A stretch of DNA of 64,000 nt from Macrostomum lignano. Taxonomy: Eukaryota. Where the stretch lies: positions 7,799-71,798 of the forward strand of contig NIVC01003885.1 in assembly GCA_002269645.1 (NCBI GenBank), written 5' to 3'. A program made the position numbers and the translations under genes. This document shows positions 47,079 through 59,249 of the stretch, in pieces. The first letter of the stretch is position 1. The number at the start of each line of letters is the position of its first letter. The notes under the pieces were generated by a model. That model had not been told where the DNA came from and did not search any database. It saw only the letters and a program-made list of their open reading frames with translations.

Positions 47079-50000
47079 GTACTACTTTGCTTATGTACAA
47101 TTCTTATTATTCCATGACTTTTGATGGCATTTTAATATTTATTAGGACTTATTATTAGTTTTGCATGCACCAGCGCGTAATAAGTCCTAATATTTTAATT
47201 GGAAATATACTTAGTCTAAAACAAAGTAGATCCGTCTAAGTCAGACGTGTACATTGTGTTTGTGGCACTTATTTAAAGCAAAATAAAAACGATTTTGATG
47301 TTTGGTGTTCAATAGCTTGCCTGTTTTCTGCATAAGTTCTTGGTGGCTTTGAAGTTTGTCAAAAACATTATTCCTTCAGTGTCCTATAATATTGTGCCTT
47401 CTGCAATTTTTTCTTTTAGATAAAAAATCTATTCACTCAATTGTTATGTCAAATGACCTATAGTTCACTACAGAACTTTTCTCCAATTAAATTTGGTCAT
47501 TACTACATTTAATTCTGTCTAACAGTCTTATACACCTTAGACATTTCTAAAAAAGTTTAAAGGATTTGGTCATGACTAAAAAAATCAGGTATGTTATCAT
47601 TATCGCAATATGATGATATTAATCTATCTTATTTTAAATTAAACTCAAGAGAATTAACAATTAACTTAGTCCTAATAAACTTTAATCATTTTTATTCACT
47701 GGGTGATATATTAGCAGGTACTAGGGGGCCCTATTAGAATAAATGTTGAAAATCTATAGATGCGCGCTTTAGAATAAAGTAAGGTCAAATTATTTTATCT
47801 TGCTTTAGCATTATCAAAGACAGTTTGTAAAAACAATTTATGCAAAATTGTTGATTGCAATCTATCAAAATTAAAATTTGCTAACTTTCTGAAATTGAAA
47901 TTTTCCAAAAACAAAATTTAGAAAAATAGTTTAATATGACCAACACTCATATTTTGCTTTTGGTTTGCTTATGCAAAACTAAATACATGTATATGTAGTT
48001 AGAAATTAGTTTATTTTTAGCTACTTTTTTAAACACTTCCAAAATTTTGATTTCTAAATTTTTCAAAATCAAAATTTTTTCTTTATAATTCTAAACTTTA
48101 GAAAATCAAAATTTTGGAACAACTCTAAGCATTATAAATGATGAGTGTATTAGGCCCTTTTCCATGTATATTTATTTGTTGGAGTAGCAGCCAGTAGAAA
48201 AAGGGCAGTGTGCGCGTGCAAGTGCTGCGTACTTGTATGTATTGCATTTAAAAAAATTTCAAAAGAATGCCAAATGCTGTCTGCAGTTTTACAACTTTAT
48301 CTTATAGGGCTAGGGGGAGGGAGGCTAATGATAATGTTATTAGTTATATTCTAAAAATGCGATATAATTCAAAGTAAAATATAGCCAATAATATTTAGCT
48401 TTAAAGCAAGTCTAACTAAATAGTTGGTTGGCTCTAATAATAGGGGCCTAGCCTGTCATTATTTGTGATATTAATAGATTAAAAAATAAAGTATAACTAT
48501 AACATTGATTTACAAAGAACAGTTTATTTTCATCTAAATAGACATAATCATTGAATAAGCTACATTGTTTTGTTTTAACAATGTTAACTTTTTTATAATT
48601 ATGTTACCATTGCCATGATAAAGATATTATCTATATAGTGCCATACTAATAATTGGTTTGTTTATTCTTTTTGTAGCAACCTAGGCCATGTAATAAAAGA
48701 AACTGGTTCCCAACCAATTGGTTTTTTAATTAATATTAATGCCTTATTAGAGCCATAGTTAGAAAGATAGCTTTTTACTGAAAATAACAAGCAAATTTAG
48801 CCTGGGTCAGAGCAAATTTAGGCAAAGTAAAGGTAGGTTCAAGGAAAATTGGGACAAGGTAATAGCAGTTACGGTTAGGTTAGAGACCAAGTGTGATTAA
48901 GAGCAACAAAGTAGTTGACTGGTTTCTTAAGCTAAGCCATGTTCCTCATTTGTTAGCCAATATTGCTATGTGTATCTAGATAAAAATTATTGAATGACTG
49001 AATTGAATAGACTTTAAAATCTTTAAAATACCAACAAATTAACTAAAGATCTTAGTACTAATCAAGATAATTATGCTTATGCTCTAGCATATTGACTTAA
49101 AAAATCATATCTTAAAATTAGACCTTTGATGCAAGTGCAAGTACTAGCAAAAACCTAGGCTAGGTTTTTTATGCAATAATAAATAGGAGGCTATAGCCTA
49201 GTAGTATTCTGTAGTACTCTTATATCCTAGCAGGCTAGACCCAAATCCAAGTGCAATAGCATTAATTTGAAACTAAATTTGAGTCTTGGCTTAGGTCTGC
49301 TTATACAATTAATGCTATTGATACTTAAAAGCCAACCACAAAAAGACGAAAAGATATTGTAGCTGCTGCCTAGTTACCTAGTTAAGGTGGCTCTATATTT
49401 CTATGAGAGCATACATGTGCAACCTTGGGATTCACTTGGCCTTTTCTATTGGCAACACATACATGTAAGTCACTATTGGCTGAAAGCAGTCATGTGACTA
49501 CTATTGTCCAATAGCAACTTACATGTATGTGCCTATGTTTGACTGTATATGTATAATGGGATTGGAAGAATGGGCAGAGTGCACCAGAGTGCACACAGCT
49601 CCCCACCTCTGATAAAAAATCGATTGCCTTATAGATAGATTTCCAGATCAAAACTGGGATTTATTTGATCTTGAAGATTAGATGCTACTATAAAATAACT
49701 TTCAAGAATCTAAGTTGTAACATAAATAAGACATGTTGGAAATTTCATATTCACCAATCAGAAATGATTGCAATATTTAACAGTTAATCAAAATCAAAAG
49801 TACTTGAAAAGCTTTCATCCCTTGTGCCTGTCTCAGCGTCAACTCACCTTACCCAACTTTCACCCGAACAGGAACACCATCTTCAAGAGGCACTGTTCGC
49901 CAGCAGCAGTTCAAGTCAACAGATCTTCACGCCATCCCCATACCCGAGATTGACGAGAATGCCAACAAGTTTAAGAGTTTGTACCACGCACTGTGCCGCG

Positions 50001-51373
50001 AGGGCACATTCCGCATGCCTAAGCAGTACATCCGCGTGCAGGCGTTCTCCTTGGATCACGGCGATAATGAAACACCAGATTACGATCTGGACAGCGAGGA
50101 CGAGGCCTGGCTATCAGCCTCGAAGCTCAGCTTGCCACCAATCGATCTGGAACGAATGCTGGAACAGTTGGAACGGTACAGCGATCACACTGTTGTCAGC
50201 TTGAATGAGGCCAAGGCTCTGTTGAAAAAAGATGACGGATTAACTACAGCCGTGTACGATTATTGGCTAGCTAAGCGGCTTAAGCACGGCCAACGGTTGA
50301 GTCTGGCTATCAAAGCCGATCGGAGAGACGGCTCGTCGAACAATGACCCGTATGTGGCGTTCCGGCGCCGTACAGAGAAGATGCAGACTAGAAAGCACAG
50401 GAAAAATGACGAGGCCAGCTATGAGAAGATGCTGCGCCTTCGCCGCGACATGGACCGGGCCTGTTCCCTCATTGAACTGCTGGTCAGGCGCGAGGAGACC
50501 AAATCCGCTCTGTTAGACACCGAACTGCGCGTCTTCCAACGTCGCTGGTCGGCTCGCGATTTTGACGCCAGCCAGCTGCAGGCTGCCGCCGTTGCTGCCG
50601 CGGCCGCTGCTGCCGCTAAAAAGTCTGCAGCAGCAGCATCAGCAGCGGCCGCTTCCTCATCCTGGCAGCAGCAGCATCAATTGAATCACCATCAGCAACA
50701 GCATCAACAGTCAGCGGCGCATCAACGCGGCTCCACAGCCAAGCGGGCGAGGAGGCGGCCGCCACCGTTGCCAACTCCGCCCGAAGTTGCAGCCGCTGAA
50801 GCCGCCGCCGCCGCCGCCGCTCCTCCCTTGTTTGTCGACGATGATTCTTTACTGCCTGGCGGTGACAACGGCGGTCGATTTGTCTGGTGCAGGCGTCGGG
50901 TTGGCGCGGTGTACGCGCCAGCCAAGCCGTTGACCGACGCTGAAGACTCTGCAGCGTTGCCACCGTCGGGAACTCAGCCCAGATCGGCTTTCGCTGGCGT
51001 CTACGGACGCCGAATGTTCAGCCTGACCCGACTGCCCTGCGTTGTTGGCTCCGAGTCGTCAACAGCATCTGCATCCTCCTGTCATCTGTCTTCCTCGGCC
51101 GGCTCGCGTCATTGCCGACCCTTAGCGGCCTATGTCGGTTTGCGGCTGGGCCGCGGCGGGCGCCTGCTGATTGACAGGCTGTCCGGGCCGCCAGGTGTGG
51201 ACGCCTACCTGTCCGGCTGGGAGGCCCGTCAGTCTGGCCTTGAGCTGCCAGACGCTCCGCCAGCCACCGTGTGCGCCCACTCTGGCGAACTGGTGGAAGA
51301 AGATCCTTTGTTCGATCTGCGACTGCCAGCCTACGAGCTGGCCGCCACCTCAAACAATGGCACTGTTGGATAA
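46926..51373 (+). CDS. EPC1: Enhancer of polycomb homolog (EPC1/2; NuA4/TIP60 subunit), two exons, 1-nt frameshift near 49900
   Basis: Exon 1 reads MSKVSFRARALDSNRPL...LPSGMEKDEET. Exon 2 reads EHHLQ.../AIPIPE...FRMPKQYIRVQAFSLD..PDYDLDSED...DPYVAFRRRTEKMQTRKHRKNDEASYEKML...GRGGRLLIDR. These are the EPL1 and E_Pc_C motifs. Confidence 0.95.
49872..51373 (+). CDS. EPC1: EPC exon 2
   Basis: cccgaacag|GAA CAC CAT; frame switches at ~49899-49901; TAA at 51373. Confidence 0.93.
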
Positions 51374-53872
51374 TTCTAGGATCAACTAACAAAAATTCTA
51401 ATCGATTATTGACGCTGGGCGTCGTAAAAAAGTCTGTCTCTATCTTGCTCTTGTTTGTCTTCAAACACTGTTTCAGTCTCCATTTCTGGCTGCTTCTTGG
51501 ATCCTCATCCTTTTTAAAGGCAAGTATAATCTAATGAACTCCCGGTTAGTTTCAGAGTAAGAACAGAAATCTTCATTTATAATATAACGTCCAATAGGCT
51601 GATGTATTTTTATCTATCTATCGAAATTCGAAAATATTGAACACAATTATAACTTTGCATTTATTTATTTATTTATATTTACCTATTTAGTTCTACTGTA
51701 TTAAGCGAGTTGAACAGCTAATGTAAACTGCTAATGTAGTTTATGGTTGAAACTATGGTAAGTAAGAGACTATTAAATTAGTAAAAGTCTTCTTAGTTTT
51801 TGTCTCCGTGGTCTGGGGCTCCTGTCTGTCCGCTTCTCTCCTCAAAAATCTGTCATTGAATTCAATTTTTATTTGAGTTTAACCCTGTCAGTGAATTGTT
51901 TAGAGAAAAAATAATTATAAAAATAAATAAAGTTTCACTGTTATGAGTCTATGACTCAACTTATTGTATAAGATGCACACAATTGCACCTGGATTTCATA
52001 TACAATTATACTTAGTACCTTTAAATTTGTACTGTTGCCAGTTATTTGTGTATGTTTACTTTTTAGTTTCTACTGTTGTATTTCTACATCATTAATAATA
52101 ATATTATTATTATGGTTACTGAAGCCTGTAAGATCATTGCTGTTAAACACTGACTTGGAATAGTAGTTATATTTAGTATAACCCCTATAATCAAAATTTA
52201 AATAATTAAACCTTTGACATATTTGCTTTTGTCTCGCATTCTTACTGTCTTCTCTTATACACTAGCCTCCTTAATCCTTAAACTTTATTTATTTGGTTAC
52301 ATTTGTTTGTTTGCAAACGGCATTGTGTAATGTTTGTGTTGATGTGTTTGTCAATGATTTTCAAGCACTCTTAGCATAACTGAACCAATTTCACCTGTTT
52401 AGCCAGTAAGCTCTAATCTGATTTTAGGCAGCCAGAAATTGCATTTCTTCGTCAACTTTGTGGAAACTTCACTCTCGGAAGGGCGTCGTTATTGTCTCTT
52501 TAACTGAAAATGTACTTCAGCTAAACCTCACCTGCCGCTCAAAAATACATTTGTCTAGTGTCTTTGCCCATTGTGTTGTCTAATAATTAATGGTCATTAA
52601 TCCTATATTCATAATCCAACTGATTAATGCATTAAGTTGACTCACTTTGCCCAGTTCCGGTTGTCATAATCATACACATTATAATGCATACAAATGTTTC
52701 AATAACACGAATGAAGAAGCTTCAAGTAGGCAATGGTGTTGACTTTGTGCGCTTTTCAATTCGCGGCTTTTTGAGTCCATTCCAATCGTTACCAACTTTA
52801 TCTGCTGTTATTTATCTACATGTATAACTACTAATACCGATATCCATATGCCAAACCAAATTATTGATAAAGTTTAATAATTATATTTGTATAATGAAGT
52901 ATCATTGCCGGTCAAGAGTCAGGTTAAATTTGTGAATAATTGCGCACTACACATACTATTTATTAGTAAGTAGTTGTTGCGCTAAATTTCTCTAATTTTT
53001 CTGTTTGCGTTTTTTATTAATAATTTCTTTTGTTTTCTTGCGGCTTCGCACCAAAACTCTGACTATGCTACTATAGTGGCACTCGTACTAGTAGTATGAT
53101 TAGCGAGGCGAATCGTTCGCATTTATAAACATTAATTTTGTCATTTCGAATCGGGGAATTGTTTGGCTTAGGATTCATTGTTTGCTTTGGTGCTTTTAAT
53201 CACCTTTGTACGTGTTAGTTGTCCAACTCCTTACTGTCGTGGGGGTACACAACTAATATCAGTTGATTATAATTATAAATATAGATTTAGAATAGAAAAA
53301 AAATATTATACAGCATGAGCTTAACCAGTTTTGCTAATAACTTTGGTTTCAATTTCTTTCCTCTCTATATATCTGTCAAAATTGATAACCAACAATTTGC
53401 TGTTTCAAGTTGGACTCACTCCGGTGCCTGTACTGTACATGCTGTACTAATGTAGGAATACACGAGCCATTCTGCATATTTGTCATTTATTCTAACCTGT
53501 AGTGGTCGCTCGGATACTGATTGCTGTGCACAAGTTTAACATCTTTTTTCATCGTGTTTAAAAACAAAACAATGCCGACAAAGTGTGCACTGTTGTGTGT
53601 TATTATATTTTATTTATTAGTAATGAGAAAATAGTGCGATACATCATTTAGAACTGGATACCAGTAGCCAACAAGTTATAATTTGGCACGCTGCAACTTT
53701 ATAAACTACATTTTTATAAATATATGCATCGCACACCCACTGTAGGGACTCCACTATCTCTGTGTTATTGTCTTTCTTATGTTTGAATAGAAAATATTCG
53801 TTATTTGCTTTGTCTTTTGATTTATTTGGATTCGTCAAATTGCTGCTTCAACTTTGACAATATCAATAACAC

Positions 53873-54400
53873 TTCTCTCCAAGATCTGATTCTTTTCTGT
53901 CCCAGATCTGACTCTTCTCTCCAAGATCTGACTCTTTTCTGTCCAAGATCTGACTCTTCTCTCCAAGATCTGACTCTTCTGTCCAAGATCTGACTCTTCT
54001 CTCCAAGATCTGACTCTTCTGTCCAAGATCTGACTCTTCTCTCCAAGATCTGACTCTTTTCTGTCCAAGATCTGACTCTTCTGTCCAAGATATGACTCTT
54101 TTCTGTCCAAGATCTGACTCTTCTCTCCAAGATCTGACTCTTCTGTCCAAGATCTGACTCTTCTCTCCAAGATCTGACTCCTCTGTTTTCCAGATTGACT
54201 CTTCTCTCTTCCATATCTGACTCTTCTCTCTCCCATATCTGACTCTTCTCACTTCCATATCTGACTCTTCTCTCTCCCATATCTGACTCTTCTCTCTCCC
54301 ATATCTGACTCTTCTCTCTCCCATATCTGACTCTTCTCACTTCCATATCTGACTCTTCTCACTTCTATATCTGACTCTTCTCACTTCCATATCTGACTCT
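53873..54400. repeat. 20-22-bp minisatellite, related to 56157-57785
   Basis: (ccaagatctgactcttctct)n grading into (cccatatctgactcttctct)n. Confidence 0.97.
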
Positions 54401-55039
54401 TTTAGCCAAAGTCTACCTGGCGAGGTGTGAATTTCACACTCGGTTCAAAATTTCGCATTTCGAATCGAAGTACAGAATCAGAACACGATGAAAATTTTCG
54501 AGCATGGACTTTAGGTTTCGAGCTTATTTAAAGGAAGTAAATGAATAAGTGTACACAGTATGTTATCAGTATGAGGTCTCATCCCGAAATGCATGTGCTC
54601 CCTGAATTCTCCTCGTTTGGGGATCTTTATTGTGAGTTTTGTGATCTATTGTGATCTTTATTTTTTTTTGTATTTCTATCTATGTGACTCATGATTTCAG
54701 AAAAATTACAGCTGAACAGGTCGATTTTCATCAATCAGATCAGAAATTTTTCAATTGGTATATATTGTGACTATACATCTATAAGAAATTGCTTGATGCT
54801 ATGTTAGAGGATTAAATTAATGCGAGCACTCCAAAAACATGCCTTTTGCAAAGGTCAAACTGGATTTTCGACTTGAAATGCATTTTGTATTGGTAGATTA
54901 TGCATTGTAGCCGTTGAATTCCAGTGCGCTGCCGCCTAGCTGCCACCGCAGCTCCGACTGTCTGGGTTGCGTCTTCCGCGTCTTTGAGCCGGATGGGCTG
55001 AAGTTCTGTGCCCGCTGAAGTGGCGAGCATGTAGTGAGG

Positions 55040-55292
55040 TTGAGTGGGTCTCGATGAAACTGTGAGGCTCAGCAGTGGGTCTGGATGAAGCTGTGAGGCT
55101 GAGCAGGGGGTCTGGATGAAGCTGTGAGGCTCAGCAGAGGGTCTGGATGAAGCTGTGAGGCTCAGCAGTGGGTCTGGATGAAGCTGTGAGGCTGAGCAGG
55201 GGGTCTGGATGAAGCTGTGAGGCTCAGCAGTGGGTCTGGGTGAAGCTGTGAGGCTCGGCAGTGGGTCTGGATGAAGCTGTGAGGCTCAGCAG
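55040..55292. repeat. 31-bp minisatellite x8
   Basis: (gtgggtctggatgaagctgtgaggctcagca)n. Confidence 0.95.
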
Positions 55293-55672
55293 AGCCGCTG
55301 TACACACTGCATGAGTGTTCATGTTTATGAGTGCGGTGACAGCACGGAGTCAGCGGAGCGGGCAGAATTGCCTCAACAGCGCTGGTTGTGGGGCGGTTGG
55401 CGGCTGGCTTTACGGAGGGTAAATTTGCGTTAATTTTACGAGTTTGTTAATCGAAATCAACCTACCTGCAAGTGGCCTAAAAATTTAACTTCAAGATTAA
55501 CACTGATCGTTTTCAATTGGGGAGTAACAAATCTAATAATATTTCCAATGACAAGCATCCAGTGTGCGTAGGATCTGTATCCAATGGCAGGAAAGCAACT
55601 GGTATAGAGACAACAATTAAGGATCAATGAAATCACAGTATAACTTCCACAGTGAAAGTTAGCGATAAAGAT

Positions 55673-56037
55673 ATGTCGTTAGAAACTCTTTGTTGCTTAT
55701 TTTCTGTTGCACTCTTGTCTGTGGAGCTCCTGCATGGCCTCAACTCCGAGCCCGCTGGGTTTTTTTAAGTTCGGCCCGCACGCCACGAAACCGGCTGTGC
55801 CCGCGTTTGTGCAGAAGCCGGGTGAGTTGCCGCTGCAACTGTGCACCGACACCTGCAAGTGCGGCCGTTTCTGCTGCTTCGGCGCTCAGTTCGGCGAGTA
55901 CTGCTTCTGCGGCTCGGCCTACGGCTCTGTCGGAGTCGCTCCTGCCTCCCAATGCAATTTCCAATGCGTCAGGAATGCATCGCAGGTGTGCGGTGGTCGC
56001 GATAGAAATTCAATCTATGGAATCATCTGCCCGAAAT
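55673..56037 (+). CDS. Secreted WSC-domain protein, first exon; frameshift at the T7 run 55760-55766
   Basis: Signal peptide MSLETLCCLFSVALLSVELLHG. In the +1 frame: LCTDTCKCGRFCCFGAQFGEYCFCGSAYG..VAPASQCNFQCVRNASQVCGGRDRNSIY (WSC cysteine pattern). Donor T|gtaagc at 56037. Confidence 0.8.
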
Positions 56038-56063
56038 GTAAGCGAATGCCATGTTTATCAGAT

Positions 56064-58395
56064 AGGAAAAGAAGCGCTTGCCTAAGTGGTGCATTGTCAG
56101 GCTCAGCAGTATGACACAGGAAAATCTCGCATCTTTCTGAGTGAAGAGTCTCTTCAGAGTGAAAAGTCAGATATGGGAGAGAGAGGGAGTGAAAATCTCT
56201 CCCGTATCTAAATCTTCACTCTCTCTCCCATATCTGACTCTTCACTCTCCCATATCTGACTCTTCACTCTCTCTCCCATATCTGACTCTTCACTCTCCCA
56301 TATCTGACTCTTCACTCTCCCATATCTGACTCTTCACTCTCCCATATCTGACTCTTCACTCTCCCATATCTGACTCTTCACTCTCCCATATCTGACTCTT
56401 CACTCTCCCATATCTGACTCTTCACTCTCCCATATCTGACTCTTCACTCTCCCATATCTGACTCTTCACTCTCCCATATCTGACTCTTCACTCTCCCATA
56501 TCTGACTCTTCACTCTCTCTCCCATATCTGACTCTTCACTCTCCCATATCTGACTCTTCACTCTCCCATATCTGACTCTTCTCTCTCCCATATCTGACTC
56601 TTCACTCTCCCATATCTGACTCTTCACTCTCCCATATCTGACTCTTCACTCTCCCATATCTGACTCTTCACTCTCCCATATCTGACTCTTCACTCTCCCA
56701 TATCTGACTCTTCACTCTCCCATATCTGACTCTTCACTCTCCCATATCTGACTCTTCACTCTCCCATATCTGACTCTTCACTCTCCCATATCTGACTCTT
56801 CACTCTCCCATATCTGACTCTTCACTCTCTCTCCCATATCTGACTCTTCACTCTCCCATATTTGACTCTTCACTCTCCCATATCTGACTCTTCTCTCTCC
56901 CATATCTGACTCTTCAGTCTCCCATATCTGACTCTTCACTCTCCCATATCTGACTCTTCACTCTCCCATATCTGACTCTTCACTCTCCCATATCTGACTC
57001 TTCACTCTCCCATATCTGACTCTTCACTCTCCCATATCTGACTCTTCACTCTCCCATATCTGACTCTTCTCTCTCCCATATCTGACTCTTCAGTCTCCCA
57101 TATCTGACTCTTCACTCTCCCATATCTGACTCTTCACTCTCCCATATCTGACTCTTCACTCTCCCATATCTGACTCTTCACTCTCCCATATCTGACTCTT
57201 CACTCTCCCATATCTGACTCTTCACTCTCCCATATTTGACTCTTCACTCTCCCATATCTGACTCTTCACTCTCCCATATTTGACTCTTCACTCTCCCATA
57301 TCTGACTCTTCACTCTCCCATATTTGACTCTTAACTCTCTCATATTTGACTCTTCACTCTCCCATATTTGACTCTTCACTCTCCCATATCTGACTCTTCA
57401 CTCTCCCATATTTGACTCTTCACTCTCCCATATCTGACTCTTCACTCTCCCATATTTGACTCTTCACTCTCCCATATTTGACTCTTCACTCTCCCATATT
57501 TGACTCTTCACTCTCCCATATTTGACTCTTCACTCTCTCTCTCCCATATCTGACTCTTCACTCTCTCTCTCCCATATCTGACTCTTCACTCTCCCATATC
57601 TGACTCTTCACTCTCCCATATTTGACTCTTCACTCTCCCATATTTGACTCTTCACTCTCCCATATTTGACTCTTCACTCTCTCTCTCTCCCATATCTGAG
57701 TCTTCACTCTCTCTCTCCTATATCTGACTCTTCACACTCTCTCTCTCTCCCATATCTGACTCTTCACTCTCACTCCAATATCTGAATTAATTAGTGACTT
57801 AATCTGCGAATATGGACAGACCAGACGGTAAACCTTAATTTTGTCCTTAATCTGATTTGTGCAAAGACGCATAAACATAATTGTCTATGTTTTAAGATAG
57901 CTAGATAATAATAATAAGCTCTTAGATCTTGTTAATATGCAGCTATAAAAATTGACGGGTGCAGGATATTCGAAAAAGTTGAAGTGGAAAATCTGTTGGC
58001 ACGCCATGGTACAGTCCACAAGAATGAGCGTTGCGTGGCTAAGGAGCCATAACTACATTGCCGTTTAGTGCATTGGTTGCCGCATTCAAATCCCGCTATA
58101 TAGAGAGCCCATTTTTAGTTTTGTTGGATCTGGCAGACAAAACAACAGACCATGCATGTGCAATCTTTTTAATGGAAATGATTAGTGACCCCTACTATCT
58201 GCATCAATTAAAATCACCCTTCCCATTCGAAAAATATATTTTTCTCTTAAGTAAATCCGTTGCGCTTGTAGAAGCTTTTTCAGCAGTTTTTTTTAATGAT
58301 GGATTATAATCGAAGGTGCGAAAAATGTGAGATTTTCCTGTGTCATATACTGCTGAGCCTGACAATGCACCACTTAGGCAAGCGCTTCTTTTCCT
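56064..58395. mobile_element. Possible foldback-like element: ~70-bp inverted repeats enclosing a 22-bp satellite
   Basis: 56064-56132 is almost exactly the reverse complement of 58325-58395 (2-nt indel, 1 substitution). No TSD seen. Confidence 0.45.
56157..57785. repeat. 22-bp minisatellite (~70 units)
   Basis: (cccatatctgactcttcactct)n. Confidence 0.98.
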
Positions 58396-59249
58396 GTTAC
58401 GCATCGCTGTGTTAATTAAAAGTCAACAAAACCAACTGAATATTTCATAGATCAATCAGTATTTCTAACCAAACCCATCTAGGAGGCTTACCTATCGGCT
58501 TAATTTGTTATTAATGAATTTAAGAAGAGGTTTGATGGCTTGACAAGACGCATTTTATTTCAATTTGCCTACAGTCTCATTGTATTTTTATCATTATATT
58601 TCGGAAATATATCGAAATATATTAAATTTCGATCGTAAAATGTTAATATTTCTACTCACAGTAGGCTATCCAGATCAGTCAGAAACTAAATAATTGCATA
58701 TCAATTGGGCAGCCCTAAGTACAATGTTACTGTGTGGCCTTAAAGCCCCTCCAATTTTTTTGCTCTCCTATATATTTTACGCCTGCTTTTGCACTGTGTC
58801 TGAGGGCCTCCGCCTCTATATCTTTGCAGTCTGCAGATGCTGCCAGGCCCACAGGGGGAGGGGGTAGAAGCTAGGGGGCATTTGACGTCATCAAACCGCG
58901 CCTTAATTCGCGCGGTACGTACTTTTTTGTGCAGAGTAACTGCCTATACGACTAGTACTGCGTGTCTAATCGGCTGTAGGAGGCCGTTTGCAGACTTTTG
59001 AAGATTGCGATAGCGATTAATACAGTGTACTTTAACCAGCAGTTCTAATTCTTTTAAATTAACCTTAGAAAAACTAACGGATCAGATTACGTAGTGTAGG
59101 ATTTTACCAGTTGTTCCAGAGGTACACAGGGTGTACATACATGTACTGTACATGTAGTTCTAGCTCGCATCTTATTAGTTAGATTTTTTTGCTAACATGC
59201 AAGTACATAAGCGCACATGTGCTGTAACTTACCACGTGTCTCTTCTTTT

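Noticed and set aside
50616-51534. Alternative-frame and antisense ORFs over EPC
   Set aside because: Shadows of GC-rich coding sequence
53822-54346. Minus-strand charged ORFs
   Set aside because: 20-22-bp satellite translations
55040-55292. Mucin-like coding repeat
   Set aside because: The unit is 31 bp, not a multiple of three
56038-56114. WSC ORF continuing as CKRMPCLSDRKRSACLSGALSGSAV
   Set aside because: Runs through a consensus donor (T|gtaagc) into a repeat also present inverted at 58325-58395, so probably intronic
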